Below are positions 1-11,362 of a stretch of 32,000 nt of DNA, piece by piece; position 1 is the stretch's first letter; each line of letters begins with the position of its first letter. Below the pieces are notes generated by a model. That model made no database searches, was not told where the DNA came from, and saw only the letters and a program-made list of their open reading frames with translations. The stretch is taken from the NCBI GenBank assembly GCA_046350815.1, contig JAXLZO010000001.1, positions 1,080,001-1,112,000 of the forward strand. The letters run 5' to 3'. Both the position numbers and the translations under genes were made by a program. This DNA comes from Candidatus Saccharimonadota bacterium (GTDB taxonomy: Bacteria > Patescibacteriota > Gracilibacteria > BD1-5 > UBA2023).

Positions 1-278
1 ATACCCTGACTCCTCACCTCCAAGTTCTTCAAGGGTAATTTCAAGATCCTCATCCATGAGGTCATCAGCAGCAACAACTGTTTTTTCAACGGACATTTCA
101 AAGCTATTTTTTTCAAAATCAAGAACAACATTTACATTCATATCTTTTGATCCAAAATCACGCTTATAAGCACTCTTGAGAGCAGCCTCAACAACACCAT
201 AAAGCTTTTCCTTTGGAATTTTCTTCTCAAGTGCAATCTGGGATACAGCTGCATCTATAAGTTTAAGGTCAAGCATAA
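1..278 (-). CDS. nusA: Transcription termination/antitermination factor NusA, N-terminal part (gene runs off the left edge)
   Basis: ATG at 278 (reverse strand). Translation MLDLKLIDAAVSQIALEKKIPKEKLYGVVEAALKSAYKRDFGSKDMNVNVVLDFEKN... resembles the NusA N-terminal domain. Frame stays open to position 1. Confidence 0.8.
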
Positions 279-300
279 TTCAATGATAAAATGATATTTA

Positions 301-329
301 TAAGAAAAAGTTTGGATCACTCCAAACTT
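301..329 (-). terminator. Rho-independent terminator downstream of bcp
   Basis: 9-bp stem aagtttgga/tccaaactt with a 4-nt loop (308-329). On the minus-strand RNA it is followed by UUUUUCUU (complement of 301-307). Confidence 0.6.
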
Positions 330-374
330 CTGACACACAAAGGTTATGTATTTTTCTTTTTTTTGCAAGATTTA

Positions 375-836
375 TTATAGAATTTCTTTTGTTTCACGCA
401 GTACTTTCTCGGCATGACCAGTAGCGCGGACATTTTTCCATGTCTTGAGGATATTTCCCTCGCTATCGAGAAGAAAACTAGATCGAATAAGTCAAAAAAT
501 TATTTTTCCATACATATTTTTCTCACCCATCACCGAGAATGAATCCACAAGATATCCATCATCAGCTATGAGATCAAGTCAGATACCACATGAAGACTGA
601 AAATTCGCATGGGAATCACCACTATCTTTCGATACACCGATAACCTGAACTCCAAGAGAGAGAAAGTCCGAAGATAAACGAGTAAAATCCTGACCTTCCA
701 ACGTACAACCGGGAGTATTATCCTTCGGGTAGAAATAAAGAAGTGTATACTTTGATCATGAAAGCAATTCACCATATGATATTTGTACATGATTTCCTCA
801 CTTTTTTGTAAGAGAGAGAAGAGTATTTTTATCCAT
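375..836 (-). CDS. bcp: Peroxiredoxin, Bcp-type thiol peroxidase (153 aa, 4 in-frame TGA read as Gly)
   Basis: Translation [51 protein letters not shown]...VIGVSKDS... contains the Bcp active-site block YFYPKDxTPGCT. Start ATG and stop TAA were located independently and the length is a multiple of 3. Confidence 0.9.
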
Positions 837-846
837 AGAAATAATA

Positions 847-1476
847 TTAAGATTGAATCTTTGAATTCCCCTGAATTCGTACTAAGAAGACAATAGCGAT
901 AACGCACGCAAATGCAAGTAGCACAAGGCCAGTATATTTAATATATTCCTCAGCAATTTCCATCATGTGAGGCCCATATTTTCATCCCATATACCCGATG
1001 ATCGCAAGGACAGTACACCAGATTCACGCTCCAGCAACCGTCGCGATAGTAAAATTTCTTGGTGACATCAGAAATACTCATGCAGGAAGAGAAATGAGAT
1101 GTCGCACGACTGGAATAAGACGGCCAAGAAATGTATAGAGTATACTATTTTTGAGAAAGAGCTTTTCGGCTCGCCTGTATTTTATCTCAGTAATGCCAAG
1201 GTATTTACCAAATTTGAGAATAGCAGGAATACCAACAAATGAAGCAAGAAGATAATTTGCACACGCTCCAACAAGACTTCCAAAAGTTCCACTCGCAACA
1301 ATAATCCAAAGGGGAATTCCAGAATTATAAGCAATTACTCATGCAGGAATCATAACCAGTTCGGACGGCACAGGAAAGAGAGAAGACTCCAGTGCCATGA
1401 AAAAAAATATCGCCATTATCAAAATTTCATTCTGACCGGCGAAAGAATTAATGAGAATATTGAGTTCGTGAAACAT
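847..1476 (-). CDS. DedA/SNARE-associated family inner-membrane protein (209 aa)
   Basis: Translation ...ALESSLFPVPSELVMIPAGVIAY...GRLIPVVRHLISLPAGVFLMSPRNF... carries the DedA motifs (E..fPvPsE..m..aG; R.ip..R...s.paG). Multiple TM segments. 4 TGA codons, two of them in the conserved PAG motifs. Confidence 0.85.
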
Positions 1477-1482
1477 AAAAAA

Positions 1483-2103
1483 CTAGAGATGAAACATTCG
1501 TGCCAATCGCAAAAGAGGAGCTACTAAAAAACGGTCGTACGCTCTATTGTAACGATGAGTAAGACTATGTACAAAGAAAGCAACCATCATACCGATGATC
1601 CATCATGCAATAATATCCGATGGATAATGAATACCTGCTATAACACGTACTACACACATATCCAAGCCAATGAATCAGACCAAAATAGTCAGCCAACGAC
1701 GCTCAAAAATAACCGCTGCCGCAATCATCGATGCGGCAGCAAAAGCTGCATGTCCCGATGGAAAAGAGTTATCAGGAGTATGATCGATTAGTGGAGCTAT
1801 TCCTGGAACAATTACCTCTGGACGTGGACGCTCTGGAAGAAATTGATTGAAAATAGCATATACAAGAAAAACACTCACGATCATAAAAAATCATTTCAGT
1901 GCCTCTCGGCGATACACATCGGACCGATGGTACACCCCCAAGAGCCACCAAATCAATAAAGATAATGCCACAGCAAACACTGGAAGATCAGCATAAATAC
2001 TGACAAATTGAGCAAGTGTTGTATGAGGTTCAACAAGAGATCTCATAAAAGTAAGAAGATCGATATCCCATTGACCAAACCAAGCTGCGGAAGAAAAATC
2101 CAT
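1483..2103 (-). CDS. PAP2-superfamily lipid phosphatase (undecaprenyl-diphosphatase/phosphatidic acid phosphatase type, 206 aa)
   Basis: Fuses track ORFs 1891..2103 and 1675..1884 with a 62-codon tail through 3 TGA codons. All three PAP2 motifs are present: ...PERPRP, SFPSGHA, RVIAGIHYPSDI. Stop is TAG at 1483. Confidence 0.85.
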
Positions 2104-2138
2104 AAAAAATAATTTAGGAAACGATTATATAAGATAAT

Positions 2139-2171
2139 AGAAAAATCCCAACTCTTTGAGTTGAGATTTTT
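2139..2171 (-). terminator. Rho-independent terminator after the 742-aa orphan gene
   Basis: 13-bp stem aaaatcccaactc/gagttgagatttt (one G-U pair on the minus-strand RNA), 3-nt loop, flanked by an A/T run. Confidence 0.55.
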
Positions 2172-2184
2172 CTATAGACACAAA

Positions 2185-4413
2185 TTATTTATTACCTACC
2201 TTGATACGACTAGGCATTGCTCTTCCAAGAGTATTAATTGTGTTCTTTGGAGTCTCTAAAATAATATCTCATTTGTCATTTACAGAAAATGGAGAACTCA
2301 CACCTTGAGTATACATATAGGGCGTAGCTCATACATTACCTGAAAGGGTTAATGCCTGAGTGGTAACCAAGTTTGGTATCAATTGCTCGTAGAGCCCATC
2401 AATTTCACTTTGAGAGAGAACTTGCTTCAAAGCTATTGGATTACTTATTTTTTCCAACCGCTGACGAAATGCAACAGGATTACCATTTATGAGATCATTA
2501 AATTCCCTTTTGATCAACTCAAATATCTCACTACCATTTTCCTTTCGGTCTCTATGATACTTGTAAAAATTACGCAATGTACGATAACTGACATAATAAG
2601 AATCTGCATTCATCGTCATGGACTCAAAAAGAGCTTTTTGATAGAGATGTGTATTTTCTGTTTTTCCACGCAAAAGTGTATCCTGAACAAACGATCGCAT
2701 ACCAAGAATATTTTTAGCCCAAACCTGAAAAATATCTTCATGTTGAGCGTGGGTATTTTTTTCATATTCATCGGAATAAACCTTATCCGAAAAAAGAACA
2801 TCTACTCCAAGGATACTAGATAACTTCTTTGTAGTCGGACCCATATCTCCATCAGGAATCAGTATATCAACATCAAGAATTTTTCCAGAAATATGCTCAT
2901 TGATAAGAGCCATATTGAGGGCAGACTGCTGAGGTAAATGTCGCAGTGTCCTAACCACATTTGTCGGATAAATTGCAGCAACTCTATCAAAATTATCAGA
3001 ATTATTGAGTAACTCACTAGCACGATTATAGTTATTCGATTTAACAATATAGGAATCGCTTTGTTCATGCTTAAGATCCCTGATCACAGAGTTCTGTTGT
3101 CACACAAGATGATCTACTACCATCTGAGCATTTTGATAAACCCCAACTCCCATTTTCACTTTCTGTTCCAATTGTTTTATCAAACTATTTGTTCTGCTTA
3201 TTGCATCAGTTTTCCCTTTAATTTGACTCAAAATTTTCTTGCTTTTTCAAGAAGTTCTACGAAGCATATTAATTTCAGATTGCAATACGGCAACCTCACG
3301 TTTCCGAGCAGTCAATTCCGATCGATATTGATGTGCCAAACCTTCTGCCTGAGAACGTTGATAGCGCGCAGACTGCAACTGACGCGAATAATCTGCAACA
3401 ATTGTTTTAAGCTGTTCTTCTTTTGGATCAATGATCGCTTGCTCAATAACTTCTTGAGCACGATTTATCTGTTCATTTCCAACTCGCATATATTCAGCTA
3501 TATAAGCATGAATAACTATTCCAAGAGCAACACCGACCTCAAAATTAGCAGTTACATCTCAAGATTGAAATGCTTGTATGAATTCATCTGGAGAATCATA
3601 TCAACATATGGTATAAAGAGGAAGAAAATCATTGCCTGTAATATGATCTCAAACGCCCCAAGCTATAACATTATCACGCGATGCTCGAGGGAGCTGGAAC
3701 GATGCCACTTTCCGTAGAATCATATCACGAGTATTTGCATCATAATCATCAAGAGTATTTGTTTTCGTACGAAATGTCGCACGACTTGTAGGTTTAAATG
3801 GCTCAATCAGTGCATCAGGGACAAGACGTCATAGACGTACTCAACCATTTGAGAGGACATTTTCACTTTTAGCAGTGTGTAAAAGTGTTGATAAAAGCCC
3901 TTCATGAATGCGAATAGCCTCTTCTTCGGGGGCATTAGCATGATCAAAGTATTCGCTCTTTTCGGAAAAAGAGTTATTCTTCTTAAGAATTTCTCGTAAA
4001 GATATACTCGTACCATCATGCTGTGGCCAAATTGCATCAACAATTTTTCCACTCTTGTTATACTTCACAAGTGGAACTGACTCATATGGCATATTGTCAT
4101 TCTTCCCAAAATAAGAAGATGGGGAATAAACAACACCTTCTATCTTCTTCCATTCAGGATGTTGTTGAATATAACGATCTACTATATCTTCATATGGCTC
4201 GGTAAAAACACGTGCCTGAAGACCATTTTTATCACTATAAGTTAACGGTGGCACGGAAGCCACAGACCCAAGAAACAAAGTAAGTCAAAGAATCTTTCAC
4301 ACCTTACGATATATTCTCGTGACAGTTGATTGAGTTCGTGGACCTTGTATGTTAGTATGACTGGAAGAAATTCTGTTTTCATCCTCTCATAAATCTAATT
4401 TATCGTTTGACAT
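2185..4413 (-). CDS. Hypothetical membrane-anchored protein with central coiled coil (742 aa)
   Basis: Track ORFs 3841..4278, 3247..3489 and 2329..3087 are all in one frame. They join through about 12 TGA codons with no TAA/TAG. The section 3490-3843 and the 3' tail were checked codon by codon. N-terminus MSNDKLDLGEDEN...KVGKILGLTLFLGSVASVPP has one hydrophobic anchor. Residues about 310-420 are heptad-like and Q/R/E-rich. No motif I recognise. Confidence 0.7.
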
Positions 4414-4550
4414 ATATGTGTACAGTAAATTTGTCGTAAAATATCAAAATATATATTATAATATATATTTTATTGTGTCAAATTATTAAATTCTCAAAAT
4501 ATTGAATATTGTCAAGATTTTGTATACTCAATAAGAATTTCTCTTAAAAA

Positions 4551-5879
4551 ATGCTCCGTTATAAAATTTTTGGTTGCAAAACAAATAAATACTACACTGA
4601 TGAATGGCTCGCATCCGACTATCTTAAAGATAAATCAGGCATTTTTATCGCATCATGCGTCGTTACGGATAAGGCAAAATCAAAATGGCTCAAGTACGCT
4701 CTCAGAGAACTCAAAAATCTGAAGCAAGATGAAAAGGTCTACCTTTCCTGATGTGGAACAATGCAATGAGGTGAGGTAGATCCAAGATTTTATGAAATCT
4801 ACAGCGAACTCCTCCCCTATCGTGAGTGACTGGAACTCCTCCCAGAAGATCCACGCGAAAGCAAGCTTGTAGGCAAAAAATTCAAGCTACAAGATATGAG
4901 CTCACGGATATCAAATCTTCGTACCAAACTACAAAAATCCAGTGATCGTCTCTTTGCTCGAAAGTTCATTGTTGTACAAATGGGATGTAATAATTTTTGC
5001 ACTTTTTGCCTGACCCTCCAAGCAAGATGAAGACATAGGTGGAGATCTCCAGAGGAGATTATTCAAGAAGTGAAAGATTTTGTAGAAATAGGATGAGAAG
5101 AAGTTGTCCTCACCGGAACCAATATCGGTGCATGGTGATCGGAGGATTCCAACGATTTTCAAAACTGAGAACTCCCAATACTCATAACAAAGATTCTTGA
5201 ACAAACAAAGATTAAAAAAGTGCGAATCTCATCACTCTGAGCTGAATTTCTCTCTGACGAGATGATCGAACTTTTTGGACAAGTAAGAATTACCCCTTAT
5301 GCACACCTCTCGGTGCAATCTGGGAGCGATCGTATTCTCGAGCTCATGAGGCGTCACTATACTCGAGATGAGCTTCTCAAGAGATTAGCAAAATTGAAAA
5401 ATATCATTCGTGAAGATGGAGCGAGGATAAATATCGGAGCTGATCTTATCGTTGGTTTTCCAGATGAAAGCGATCAGGATTTTGTAGATACACTCTCCCT
5501 TGTCACACAATATTGAGTCACTCAAGTACATGGATTTCCATTCTCAGCACATCAGAGCCATCACAGCGTACCAGCCGGTAAATTTCCAAACCAAATTGAT
5601 GAGAAAATAAAACAAGAACGACTTCAACGACTCCTCCAGGCAGGCGAGAAATCACTCGATATATTCAAGAAATTGCACGATGAACAAATACTCGAACTTC
5701 TTATTGAGTGAAATCCCACCAAAGAAAAATATTGTGGATACACACAAAACTATCTCTGGTGTGATGAAGCAAATTTCACTATCACGCAGTGAGCGATCGA
5801 GAGATGAAAATATGTTCGAGGAATATACAAGTATCGAAGAGATGACAGTGGAAAAAGAGAGGAAGAGCTAGGATTTTAA
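4551..5879 (+). CDS. Radical-SAM methylthiotransferase of the MiaB/MtaB/RimO family (442 aa)
   Basis: N-terminal UPF0004 block MLRYKIFGCKTNKYYTDEW and ...YLSGCGTMQ. Radical-SAM cluster motif QMGCNNFCTFCLTLQARGRHRWRS. Also VVLTGTNIGAWGSED, RISSLGAEF, GFPDESDQDF, and a C-terminal TRAM-like end (GYTQNYLW). 10 in-frame TGA at Gly-type positions. Stop TAA 5877-5879. Confidence 0.9.
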
Positions 5880-5904
5880 AAACTACACTTTAAATGTAGT
5901 TTTT
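5878..5904. terminator. Bidirectional terminator hairpin between convergent genes
   Basis: Perfect 10-bp stem aaaaactaca/tgtagttttt with a 7-nt loop. A/T runs on both sides. It sits between the stop at 5879 (+) and the stop at 5903 (-). Confidence 0.7.
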
Positions 5905-6556
5905 ATTGCTCTATTTTTTGCGTTTTCAGTTTACTCTGAAGCTTTTCAAAATATGTTATTTGTTGATCAATTCTAATTTGTTGAGCTTCTGAAGCCTTAA
6001 GTAGCTCTACTGATCCAGTTATATTTTCTTCAATATCAGATTTTGCATGTTCCAATATTCATTTCTGGACTTCTATCACTTGTAATAAACGTTGCTTCAG
6101 GAGAATACTAAATTCAATGAGAAATTGAAGCTCATTCTTTAATTTGTGAATGGATTCCTTATATCCTTCTTGGCTAAGAAAAAAGCGCATTACATATCGA
6201 AACACAGAAAAATATTGTAGATTTCTCTGAATGACTTTCATTGCGGAAGTTATAATATCAATATCTTCAGTATCTTTATTTTCATGAAACCACAAAAGAC
6301 TTTTATCAATTTTCTGAAATAAGAAGGTAACTCATCATAATATACTTAATACTATAACAGCATATATTATAAATATTCATGCAACAAACATCATAAATCA
6401 TTCGAACCAGGTAATATCTACACCAAATAATGCTAATATAACACAAATGATGGCTACGATAGGAATCAAAAAAACAGTCAATGGTGATAGTGCGATAACC
6501 ATATTCCACTCGAGTTTATCATAAAAAGAATGCGCTCTTGTTTTGGGAGAAAACAT
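5903..6556 (-). CDS. Hypothetical 2-TM membrane protein with C-terminal helical domain (217 aa); paralog of 9692..10483
   Basis: Extends track ORF 6059..6295 in both directions through TGA codons, checked codon by codon. Hydrophobic N-terminal half (...MVIALSPLTVFLIPIVAIICVILALFG...FMMFVAGIFIIYAVIVLSILGG). C-terminus ...EVQKGILEHAKSDIE...SEAQQIRIDQQITYFEKLQSKL. The start is uncertain: ATG at 6556 or 6502. Confidence 0.6.
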
Positions 6557-6597
6557 AAACTTGTTTATGAAATAATAAAACTTTCCAAAGGAAAGCT

Positions 6598-6903
6598 TTA
6601 TCGATGTTTTGCAACCATTTCCAGAAGTTCATCTCCTGTCTTGAGACCGACTGCCTGCTCGACACGAACTCCGTCCTTGAAGACTATAATCGTTGGTATC
6701 GACATGATGCGAAACTTTGAAGCCGTCTCACCACATTCATCAACATTGCATTTGACCACCTTCACGTCAGTTTGTGTTTTTGCAAATTCTTCCAAACGAG
6801 GAAGCATTGCCTGACATGGACCACACCATTCAGCCCAGAAATCAACGAGAACAAGACCTGAGGCGATATCTGCCTCGAATGTAGCATCAGTTGTTACATG
6901 CAT
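6598..6903 (-). CDS. trxA: Thioredoxin (101 aa from ATG 6903; alternative TTG start at 6954 would add a hydrophobic N-terminal extension)
   Basis: MHVTTDATFEADIASGLVLVDFWAEWCGPCQAMLPRLEEF...MSIPTIIVFKDG... carries the canonical WCGPC active site and thioredoxin fold signature. Confidence 0.9.
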   Translation of the reverse strand: MHVTTDATFEADIASGLVLVDFWAEWCGPCQAMLPRLEEFAKTQTDVKVVKCNVDECGETASKFRIMSIPTIIVFKDGVRVEQAVGLKTGDELLEMVAKHR

Positions 6904-6956
6904 AAGAGAAAAAATTAATAGTATTGATACTACCAGATGATGATTTTTTTGCAAGC

Positions 6957-7931
6957 CTATTTTATTGATGGCTTTGATTTTATTCTATCATCAAAGTACG
7001 CAGCATGTTCCATACTCGCAATAGGGACGCTGCGAAGATTCTCTCCTACCATCTTGAGGCGCCAAGTACGAAGGGCATTTGGCTCAAATATCTGACGATG
7101 AATGAGACGATGTGTCACAATATATGGATAGACGCTGCGAACATCCTCTGGTAGGACATAATCTCTCCCAGCAAACATTGCGAAGCCCTGGGCATATTCC
7201 TTGATAGCGAGACTTGAACGAATCGAGAGAGGAGAAACAATTTCACTACTCATCTCACTACGACGAGTATATGCAACCAGATCTCTGATATAGTAGACGA
7301 GAGCTTCACTCGTATGAACAGAGAGAATTTTCTCACGCATTTCTTGGAGAGTATTTGGAGTAACACGATGCATGCTCTTTGTCCCCATAAATCCATTTTT
7401 CAGAATCTCAACCTCCACTTGTGCCGATGGATAGCCGATTGGGAGAGATACAGCAAATCGATCCAAGAGTGAAAATGGGAGCAGTGTCGTCCCAATATCA
7501 TCGAGACTATTATGTGTCGCAAATACACAAAATCCAGGAGGAAGTGGGAGTTTCTCTCAAGCAATAGTAATACTACCATCCGAGAGAGCTTCCAGAAGGG
7601 CGGCGTACAGCCTTGGGGAAGCGCGATTGATCTCATCAATGAGGACAACCTCTGAGAAGAGTGGTCAACGCCGAATCTCGAATACACCATTACGATAAAT
7701 CTCAGCACCGACGATATCGCTTGAGAGTAAGTCTGAAACCATTTGTATCCGTCGATAATCAAGACTGGTTCAAGATAGAAGCTCATCGATCGATCGAGTC
7801 TTGCCTACCCCACTTGGTCACTCAAGGAGCGTATGCCCCCCAAGTACCAGCGAGAGCAGAAGGATACGACGAGTATCGAGACTAAAAGGAATAGTTCCAG
7901 TAAGAGTATCAAGGAGAGATTCGAGAGTCAT
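6957..7931 (-). CDS. MoxR-family AAA+ ATPase (324 aa)
   Basis: Fuses ORF 6957..7466 with upstream sequence through 4 TGA codons. Walker A is HTLLEG(TGA 7818-7820)PSGVGKT, Walker B VVLIDEINRASP. Also ALLEALSDGSITIAG... and LLDRF, typical of MoxR/RavA-like ATPases. Confidence 0.9.
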
Positions 7932-8050
7932 AGAAAAAGAATTTTACAGAGTATAAGCACACATCTCTCGGATACAAGCAGAATGTCAAGCGAAAGAATT
8001 GCACAAAGAAGAAAAGTGTGGTGCAATACGGATAAGTAGAATCAATAACT

Positions 8051-9712
8051 ATGTCCCGGGAAAATCCACCAAATACACCAGAACAACCATCACAAAAAAC
8101 AGAAACAATTTCTGTACCTTTCGAGTCGCTGTCAGCACTAGAGGCAATGTCAGTAAAAGAACTATCAATCCGAAAACAGCAAATAGAAGCAAAGATTTGA
8201 AAACTCAAAGAGCTCGACAAACAACAAGCTATTGCAAAATGAGGAAATATCTACACTCAAAGTAGTGAAAGTGATACCCTTATCCAAGCTCGCAATGAAG
8301 AATCCCTCATCGACAAAGCAATTCAAAAGAAAGCACAGACAATCCAGGATGTTTTCCACGATGATACCATATCCTACACCCCTCAGGATGTTTTGCGGCT
8401 CTATAAGCAACTGGAACCTACCTCACAACAAAACGATCCCGAATCTGCGTACGAATCACTCCAATGACAGGTTGATATTGCAAAAGATGGATCAAAAGAA
8501 TGATGGAGTCTCGATGAGATCCTTGAAAAACTCAAGATACCAAAAGACAATCTAGCATACCGAAAGATTATTGCAAGTGCATTTATCGGGGAAAAACTGA
8601 AGACCAAAAAAACAAGTGCTGATGTTGCAAATGCAGAATTTGATGCAATGAAAAGAGGCATTGCAGATCTTTCACCAGCTGGAAGAACAGCTTTTACGAA
8701 CATCTACCAGAGATTATCACAAAATGATCAGCTTTTGTTCGGGGAAGAGAGACTTATTACAGCACTCAGTTCTTGAGAAAACTATCAGCAAACAAGAGAA
8801 AATGTATTCAAAGAATTATGAGTTCAGATATCAGAGGAAGAGTACAATATCCTGGTCGGAAGTGCAAAACAAATTCATACTGAGACAGATACTGCAAAGA
8901 TACGAGCACAAGAAAATCAAGATATTCAAATCGCAGCCCTCGAAAAATGAAATCTTGTGGAAGCTCTCCAGCAAGAGACAAAATATCAACGAGAAACTTC
9001 ACAAATTGAATACTATCGAGATCTTCGATCGAGCATTTCAAAAACAGAATGAAACCAAATCAATAACATCAGCTCACAAGGCAACGAAAGCATGATTGTC
9101 GGAAGTGCAGATTTTTCGAAGAATCTCACGGAATTTATGAATGATCCAACGGTGAGTTCTATCTATCCAAAACTCAATGATGGTACGACGATCCCAATTA
9201 TTAAATCAGGACCTGATAGTTGTGTGGTGCAAGGCTGTGAGGTAAGCACAGAGAGCGTCGCATCCCTCATCGATATCAATCAAACACTTGCGAATGAATG
9301 ATTGAGATTTTTCTCAACAAAAACACCACTCACCAAAATTCTTGCCAATATGGAACAAGCTCTCCGTGCAAAAGGCGTACAAAACGTTCCCAATTTTGGA
9401 GATCCACAAACATTAGCAAATTATGGAGACAACATAGTGGATATACTCTACCAAGTCATCGATCCGAATCCAAAAGAGCAAATCGCTAACGTTTCCGAGA
9501 GAATCAACACAGCACACAAGAGATTTGCTGGATCCATTCCACTCATCGCCTACGGTCGCCAATCGGGCGTAGTTCGAGAAGATAGTAGTATTGATATCAA
9601 TACATTTACCGACAGGCTCAATTCTATGATACAAAGTGGATATCCGTTTCGGTTTTGAGGAGACAAAAAGGAGAAGAGACAAGAAATATCTTTAGATAAG
9701 CCTTTGTTGTAA
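8051..9712 (+). CDS. Hypothetical protein (553 aa), divergent from the MoxR gene
   Basis: One continuous frame from ATG 8051 (in-frame TAA at 8033 upstream) to TAA 9710-9712. It absorbs track ORFs 9092..9301 and 9302..9658 and passes about 10 TGA codons. Polar and Q/E/K-rich. No TM segment or motif recognised. Confidence 0.65.
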
Positions 9713-10483
9713 TTTTTCAAACTGCTCGATCTGTCTATCAAGTCTTATTTTTTGCAATTCTGAAATCTTAAGAATTTTTTGGGAACCAACAAGATATTTT
9801 TCAATTTCTAATTTTGCTCATTCAAGTGTTTTTTGTTGTTCACGAAGTTGAAACTGAAGGTCTGAACGTAGTTCCATAAGAATCATAGAACTAAGAGAAA
9901 TGGCTATCGAAACGAGGGGTTTAATTTGTTCCTTGCTTGTATCTGAAAAAATAAATTTCAATCGTCCCATATTTATAATTAAAGAAATTATTGATTTTAT
10001 TTTTTGCGACTGCTTAAGAATATCATCTATATCTTTAATTCCAACTTTTTGAGAACTTTCTTTATAAAAATAAAAGAGTGTAAGCATATCCTTTTTCAGT
10101 CTCTCAAATATATTGATGGATTTGATCCATTGATATCCCAAAATACTAAAATACCCAGGTATAAAGAATAATAAGATCATCATTAACTGTTCTAACCCTG
10201 GGTGATCACCTATAAAAAATAAAGACGATCAAGAATATGAGGGGTGTGTTGGTGCTAAATCATATAGTAGTATTACGGCCAGCATGAGCAAAAACCATAA
10301 AAATAGTCAGCTCACAATGCTCAGAAAAAGAATTAAATATTTCATAATCTGAGACATAAATTCAAATGACTGATTCAAATTCAGATCACAAAGATATACG
10401 ATTTTTTGACTCATTGCATCCATCCGTGCCTTTTCTTGTGCCCGTTCTTTAATTTGTGTAAAAATTTGATTACTTAATGACAT
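9692..10483 (-). CDS. Hypothetical 2-3 TM membrane protein with C-terminal helical domain (263 aa); paralog of 5903..6556
   Basis: ATG 10483 to TAA 9692. Includes track ORF 9818..10183. C-terminus ...REQQKTLEGAKLEIEKYLVGSQKILKISELQKIRLDRQIEQFEKLQQRLI aligns with the C-terminus of 5903..6556, including a TGA (Gly) at the equivalent position. Confidence 0.65.
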
Positions 10484-10559
10484 TTAATTGAATTACAGTT
10501 TATAAATTAACCTCGTTCTTCGGGATTTTCAATCCAGAAATCAAATTCTCTTCAATCCT

Positions 10560-11345
10560 CTATCCTCCAACCACCAATCTCGCCATTATATCATCCAACA
10601 CTGCACGAATGGGAAGATTCGTATTTTCGAGATCTTCGAGGGCTTGCGTGAGTACTTTGCTCAGAAGAATCGGTCGTTCATTCCCCTGATGAAATTCACC
10701 AGACAAAAGACACTCATGAAGAGAAATACGATGTGATTCACATATCTCACTGCAGAGTGATCGAGTATCGGTGATTTTCTTGAGATCATTCACCATGATC
10801 TCATAATACCCAACATAATCCTCTCGAAGCCAGAGATCCAATGCTTGACGAATGGGATGATCACGATGGGTATTGGAATCAAGCACCCTCTCGTGAGATT
10901 CGAGTACTTTCACACGTGATCGTATCGTTGGAAGAAGATGATTTGGAGTATCAGTGAGAAGTACAAATAATGTCTTTTCTGGTATATCCTCCAGAGTCTT
11001 AAGAAATTTATTCGCTGATGATGCAGGCATCATCTCGATATGATTGATCACGATGATTGCTATAGGACCATAGGGAGCGAGAAAAGCACGAGTGATAATC
11101 TCATCTGTATATTTTGTCGAGTATTGCTCGACTTTTTTGGTTGCGTCATCGATACGAGGCTCATACCAGACAAGGTCTTGTACCATACGAATTTCTTCGA
11201 GAGATGAGACGCTATAGAGTCAAAAGAGTATTTCCTTTCAGAGTTCCACCGGCAAGACAACCGCATCCGAACTGCCATCCATAACAATGCTATGAACGAT
11301 ATGAGCGAATCACGGATGAACAATACGGCTGAAATCAAGAGTCAT
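10560..11345 (-). CDS. holB: DNA polymerase III delta-prime-like clamp-loader subunit (261 aa), Walker A degenerate
   Basis: ...ASSANKFLKTLEDIPEKTLFVLLTDTPNHLLPTIRSRVKVL... matches the clamp-loader sensor-1/SRC block (aNalLKtLEEPp...fiL.t....lLpTI.SRc). The N-terminal region has no GxxGxGK. Stop TAG at 10560. Confidence 0.75.
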
Positions 11346-11362
11346 ACTGATGACTATAAAGA

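Noticed and set aside
566-907. 113-aa minus-strand ORF spanning the bcp/DedA junction
   Set aside because: It is out of frame with both well-supported genes and crosses their intergenic gap. No motif.
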